Shown: positions 57,726 to 64,000 of the stretch, one piece after another
How positions within the stretch are numbered: the stretch's first letter is position 1
Layout of the letters: the number at the start of each line of letters is the position of its first letter
Source: a bacterium
GTDB taxonomy: Bacteria; Hinthialibacterota; Hinthialibacteria; Hinthialibacterales; Hinthialibacteraceae
Assembly: GCA_963662285.2 (NCBI GenBank)
Contig: CAXXMV010000001.1
Location: 288,001 to 352,000, forward strand
Direction: 5' to 3'
Length of the DNA stretch: 64,000 nucleotides
The notes under the pieces: model-generated
The model's input: the letters and a program-made list of their open reading frames with translations, nothing else
Told to the model about the DNA's origin: nothing
Database searches by the model: none
Translations under genes and position numbers: made by a program

Positions 57726-59363
57726 ATGGAATTATTAAAACACCTTGATACATCTGGATTAATCGGCGTCCGGCCATATCAACAAATGTTATTTGAACCA
57801 ACACCAGTTATCGGTAGTATTTGTCCTCCTTCAATTAATGATATTGACGTTGTTTTAAATGGCCGAAAAGAGCACATAATTGCTAAGGTTGACCGTTATC
57901 GATTAATCGATTCTTTGGTTGAATCGCATCAATTGCGCTGCGCCCCTGAATCTTCTTTTGAATCCATAAAATGCCTTGAGCAAACTGATTGCTTCATGAT
58001 CATTACCGGGCAGCAACCGGGATTATTGGGTGGTCCACTATATACATTTTATAAAGTTATTCATGCGGTAGTTCTGGCGCGGCGTCTCTCGAAAGAACGT
58101 CCTGAAAATTTCATTCCTGTATTATGGGATGCTTCTGAAGATCATGATTTCCCCGAAATATCAAAACTGCATTGGTTATCTAAAAACAAGGATGTTACAT
58201 CATACCAATGGTCGGGAACAGGTGATAACAAACGTCCGCTATTCAATATACCTGCAGATCAAACGCCATTGGATGAATTGATCAGTCAAATCGAAGAAAC
58301 AACATTCCATACCGATTTTACCGAAAATATTCTGGAGCAATTTGCTTCATGTCTTAGCAATGCGAAATCTTATCCGGATTTCTTCGATAATTTGATATGG
58401 AAATTATTTGAAGATGACGGTTTGGTTATTATTCGCCCGGAAGATAAATGGTTCAGGGAATTATCGCGTCCTCTGATTGAGCGGGAAATCCTTGATCCAT
58501 TACGATCAACCGCAAGCGTGAATCGAATCAGCGATATATTGCAAAATAACGGTTTGCCTCCCCAGATTCATAAACGTACTGATCGAGCCTCTTTTTTCTT
58601 GATTGACAACAATCAACGGATCCCGGTTTATGTATCAGAAGATGGTTTTTCTACTGATGTTGGAGTCTCATATTCAACTGATGATCTACTCGAAAAGCTG
58701 TATTCCAATCCTCAAGCCTTCTCTCCCTCAGCTGTATTACGTCCGATTATCCAAGATGCAGTTTTACCGGTGGCGACATCTATTTTAGGGCCAAGCGAAT
58801 TGGCTTATCATTTCCTTTTAAAAGATATGTATGATTTTCACCAGACGACCCGCCCCTGCCTGGTTCCCCGTTTCGGTTTAACCCTGGTTGATGCGCGTGA
58901 ACTTAAATTGATAGAACGATATGATATCAGCGCGGCTGATTTAGCTGCTAATCCCTCAGCCTTGGTTAAACGCATCGCCCGAGAGGATGCAGCATTGGAC
59001 TGGCATAAAAATAAACAGATTGCGGATGCATCCCTTTGGGAACTGTTTGAGACGTGGAAAAAACATGCGGAAAATATTGATCCCTCATTAGTTAATTCAT
59101 TGCAAAAGAATTTGGTCAAAATTCAAAAAGAACTGGAACGTTCAGAATCTTTGTTAATACGAAAAATAGCTGAAAAAGATGATCAAGTTCTCAGGCATAT
59201 CAATGCATTGCAGAACGCTCTATATCCTGAAGGTGGTTTGCAGGAAAGAACCTATAATATTTATCAGTATATTTCTAAGTTTGGACCGGATTTCTTGACG
59301 CAAATCAAACTTTTCTGCAAGACCATCGAAGATGGAACGCACTATTTTGTCATGATTCCATAA
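57726..59363 (+). CDS. bshC: Bacillithiol biosynthesis protein BshC
   Basis: TGQQPGLLGGPLYTFYK, ASEDHDFPEI, LRPIIQD, GPSELAY, LQER. Confidence 0.92.
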   Translation: MELLKHLDTSGLIGVRPYQQMLFEPTPVIGSICPPSINDIDVVLNGRKEHIIAKVDRYRLIDSLVESHQLRCAPESSFESIKCLEQTDCFMIITGQQPGLLGGPLYTFYKVIHAVVLARRLSKERPENFIPVLWDASEDHDFPEISKLHWLSKNKDVTSYQWSGTGDNKRPLFNIPADQTPLDELISQIEETTFHTDFTENILEQFASCLSNAKSYPDFFDNLIWKLFEDDGLVIIRPEDKWFRELSRPLIEREILDPLRSTASVNRISDILQNNGLPPQIHKRTDRASFFLIDNNQRIPVYVSEDGFSTDVGVSYSTDDLLEKLYSNPQAFSPSAVLRPIIQDAVLPVATSILGPSELAYHFLLKDMYDFHQTTRPCLVPRFGLTLVDARELKLIERYDISAADLAANPSALVKRIAREDAALDWHKNKQIADASLWELFETWKKHAENIDPSLVNSLQKNLVKIQKELERSESLLIRKIAEKDDQVLRHINALQNALYPEGGLQERTYNIYQYISKFGPDFLTQIKLFCKTIEDGTHYFVMIP

Positions 59364-59445
59364 TATTGAAGATGAAAGTCATGAGAACATAGACTACTAA
59401 AGCACGAGACGGCTTTACGGCGCAATTGGCGAGGAGACGCTGAAG

Positions 59446-62250
<2,805 letters not shown>

Positions 62251-62351
62251 TACCGGCTGGTAAAGAGATAAACACCAGCATCCGTTACAATCTTTGAATG
62301 CGCAAACATAACTTACGCGATCCGGATCGCGTTAGAAAAGAGAGGCGCAAC

Positions 62352-64000
62352 TTGAGAGAAATCAGCAAAGATCAAAAGCACTCACCGGGTGTTACTATAT
62401 TCATCGTTATTCTCGCGGCGACGTGGACGCTAATCGGCGACGTTCTAAACGCCGCGCCTGATGAGGCCGATGCCGCTAAACAAAATATCCTTGGACAATG
62501 GATTACAGCACCGGCAGTTTCCTGGCAACAGGATGCGACCTTATGGTTAGTGCTTACGACGGTTTTGTTAGTTCTCGGTATAAGTGTTCTTGCAGTATGG
62601 AATTGGATACTAAAACGTCGTATTACTGGCTATACGCAAGAATTGCAGAAAAAACTGGCTGACCACAAACAAGCTGAAGAGAAACTCAAAAATAATCAAA
62701 AATTCCTTGACAATATTCTTGATCAAAGCCCATTTCCCACATGGATATCTGATATCAATGGTACGATGATACGGGCTAATCCTGCTTTAACAAAAGCACT
62801 GAATCTTTCAGATGAGCAATTGATTGGTAAATATAATGTTTTTCAAGACACTAATGCAGAAAAAAACAACCTCTTAGAGATATTTAATGATGCATTGGAG
62901 AAGGGAAAGACCAGTGAATTTACTCTAATCTGGAGCGGGAAAGAGATTAAAGACTTAAATCTCAAAGACTCTAACACTGTTTATGCCGAAGGTAATGTAT
63001 TTCCAATTTATAATAATGAAGGAAAAATCACAAATTTAGTCGTCACCTGGAAGGATGCAAGTGCTAGAAAATATGCCGAGGAGGAATTGCACAAAAGCGA
63101 AGAGAGGTTTCGCAGACTAGCAGAGAACGCCCAAGACATGATCTACCACATGTCTCTACCCGATGGACGCTATGAATACGTCAGCCCGGCCTCGACAAGG
63201 ATATTAGGACATACACCCGAAGAATTCCTCAACTCTCCTCTCTTGATTCAAGAGGTAATTCATCCAGATTGGCATGAGTATTTCAAAAAACAATGGGAAG
63301 CGCTCCAGGTGGGCAAGATGCTGCCGTTCTATGAGTACCAGATCATTCATGGCCAGTCAGGCGAGACGCGTTGGCTCAATCAACGCAATGTACTAATCCA
63401 GGATGATGCAGGTCAACCAACGGCAATAGAGGCTATCGTAACTGACATTACTGACCGCAAACTGGGCGAAGAGAAACTTCTGGCCTCAATGCAGAAACTT
63501 GCGCTGCACATTGAGCATACGCCTTTAGCCGTAATCGGGTGGGATTTGCACTTTAAGGTAATTGAATGGAATCCCGCCGCTGAGATTATGTTTGGGTACA
63601 AACAAGAGGAAGCGCTTGGAAAACACGCCTCGTTTATAGTGGAGGAAAGCGCGAGAGAACATGTAGATGTAGTATGGGAAAAACTGCTTAACCAACGTTG
63701 CGGAATCCGCTCAAATAACGAAAACGTTACCAAAGATGGAAGACCCATCCTTTGCGATTGGTTTAATACACCTCTGATCGATAATCAAAATGAAGTTGTT
63801 GGCGTAACTTCACTCGTTATGGACATCACCGAACGCAACCAGGTGGAAGAGGCGCGTAGGGAGCATATACAATTCCTTGAGAACCTGGAAAAGATTGAAC
63901 AGGCTATTAACCGATCAGCCAACCCTGATCAAATGTTGAATGAAGTGATTGAAACCGTTTTCCAACTATTCGAATGCGACCGGGCATGGCTATTGTACCC
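62352..64000 (+). CDS. Multi-PAS/GAF sensor protein, probably a kinase (runs off the window)
   Basis: Manual translation from TTG after AGAGG: two hydrophobic segments, three PAS/PAC domains (IHPDW, DITDRK, EWNPAAEIMFGY, DITERN) and the start of a GAF domain (FECDRAWLLY). Confidence 0.85.
   Translation, partial: MREISKDQKHSPGVTIFIVILAATWTLIGDVLNAAPDEADAAKQNILGQWITAPAVSWQQDATLWLVLTTVLLVLGISVLAVWNWILKRRITGYTQELQKKLADHKQAEEKLKNNQKFLDNILDQSPFPTWISDINGTMIRANPALTKALNLSDEQLIGKYNVFQDTNAEKNNLLEIFNDALEKGKTSEFTLIWSGKEIKDLNLKDSNTVYAEGNVFPIYNNEGKITNLVVTWKDASARKYAEEELHKSEERFRRLAENAQDMIYHMSLPDGRYEYVSPASTRILGHTPEEFLNSPLLIQEVIHPDWHEYFKKQWEALQVGKMLPFYEYQIIHGQSGETRWLNQRNVLIQDDAGQPTAIEAIVTDITDRKLGEEKLLASMQKLALHIEHTPLAVIGWDLHFKVIEWNPAAEIMFGYKQEEALGKHASFIVEESAREHVDVVWEKLLNQRCGIRSNNENVTKDGRPILCDWFNTPLIDNQNEVVGVTSLVMDITERNQVEEARREHIQFLENLEKIEQAINRSANPDQMLNEVIETVFQLFECDRAWLLY

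Noticed and set aside
57726-59363. bshC outside Firmicutes as a novelty
   Set aside because: Bacillithiol genes are already known from several other phyla.

Overview
Bacterial chromosomal window from a diderm organism (TonB-dependent receptor) with anaerobic metabolism (glycyl radical enzyme, FdhF). The protein styles suggest an uncultured lineage such as Hinthialibacterota/Sumerlaeota, but that is inference only. From left to right: (1) a minus-strand operon of a secreted acidic surface protein, a TPR-like protein and a TonB-dependent receptor behind a Pho-box-like promoter; (2) a ~6 kb integrative element at the 3' end of tRNA-Gly(CCC) with a tyrosine integrase, an unusual putative winged-helix regulator with 11-bp operator repeats, an excisionase, a primase-DUF3987 protein, iteron-like repeats, a PC4-like SSB and a DUF499 remnant; (3) housekeeping genes (enolase-superfamily enzyme, Trm11-like methyltransferase, family-4 UDG, GT2, orphan rplI); (4) a formate dehydrogenase sandwiched between sulfhydrogenase/Asr-like subunits, next to Moco genes, an orphan sugar ABC ATPase and an unexplained structured non-coding region; (5) secreted carbohydrate/envelope proteins and an ECF sigma/anti-sigma locus; (6) an AT-rich restriction-modification pair abutting a headless antitoxin; (7) hypD with its activase; (8) glycosyltransferases, uvrC, an HD-GYP regulator, an RlmI-like enzyme, bshC and PAS sensor kinases. 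All calls come from motif recognition by eye; no searches or folding programs were run.
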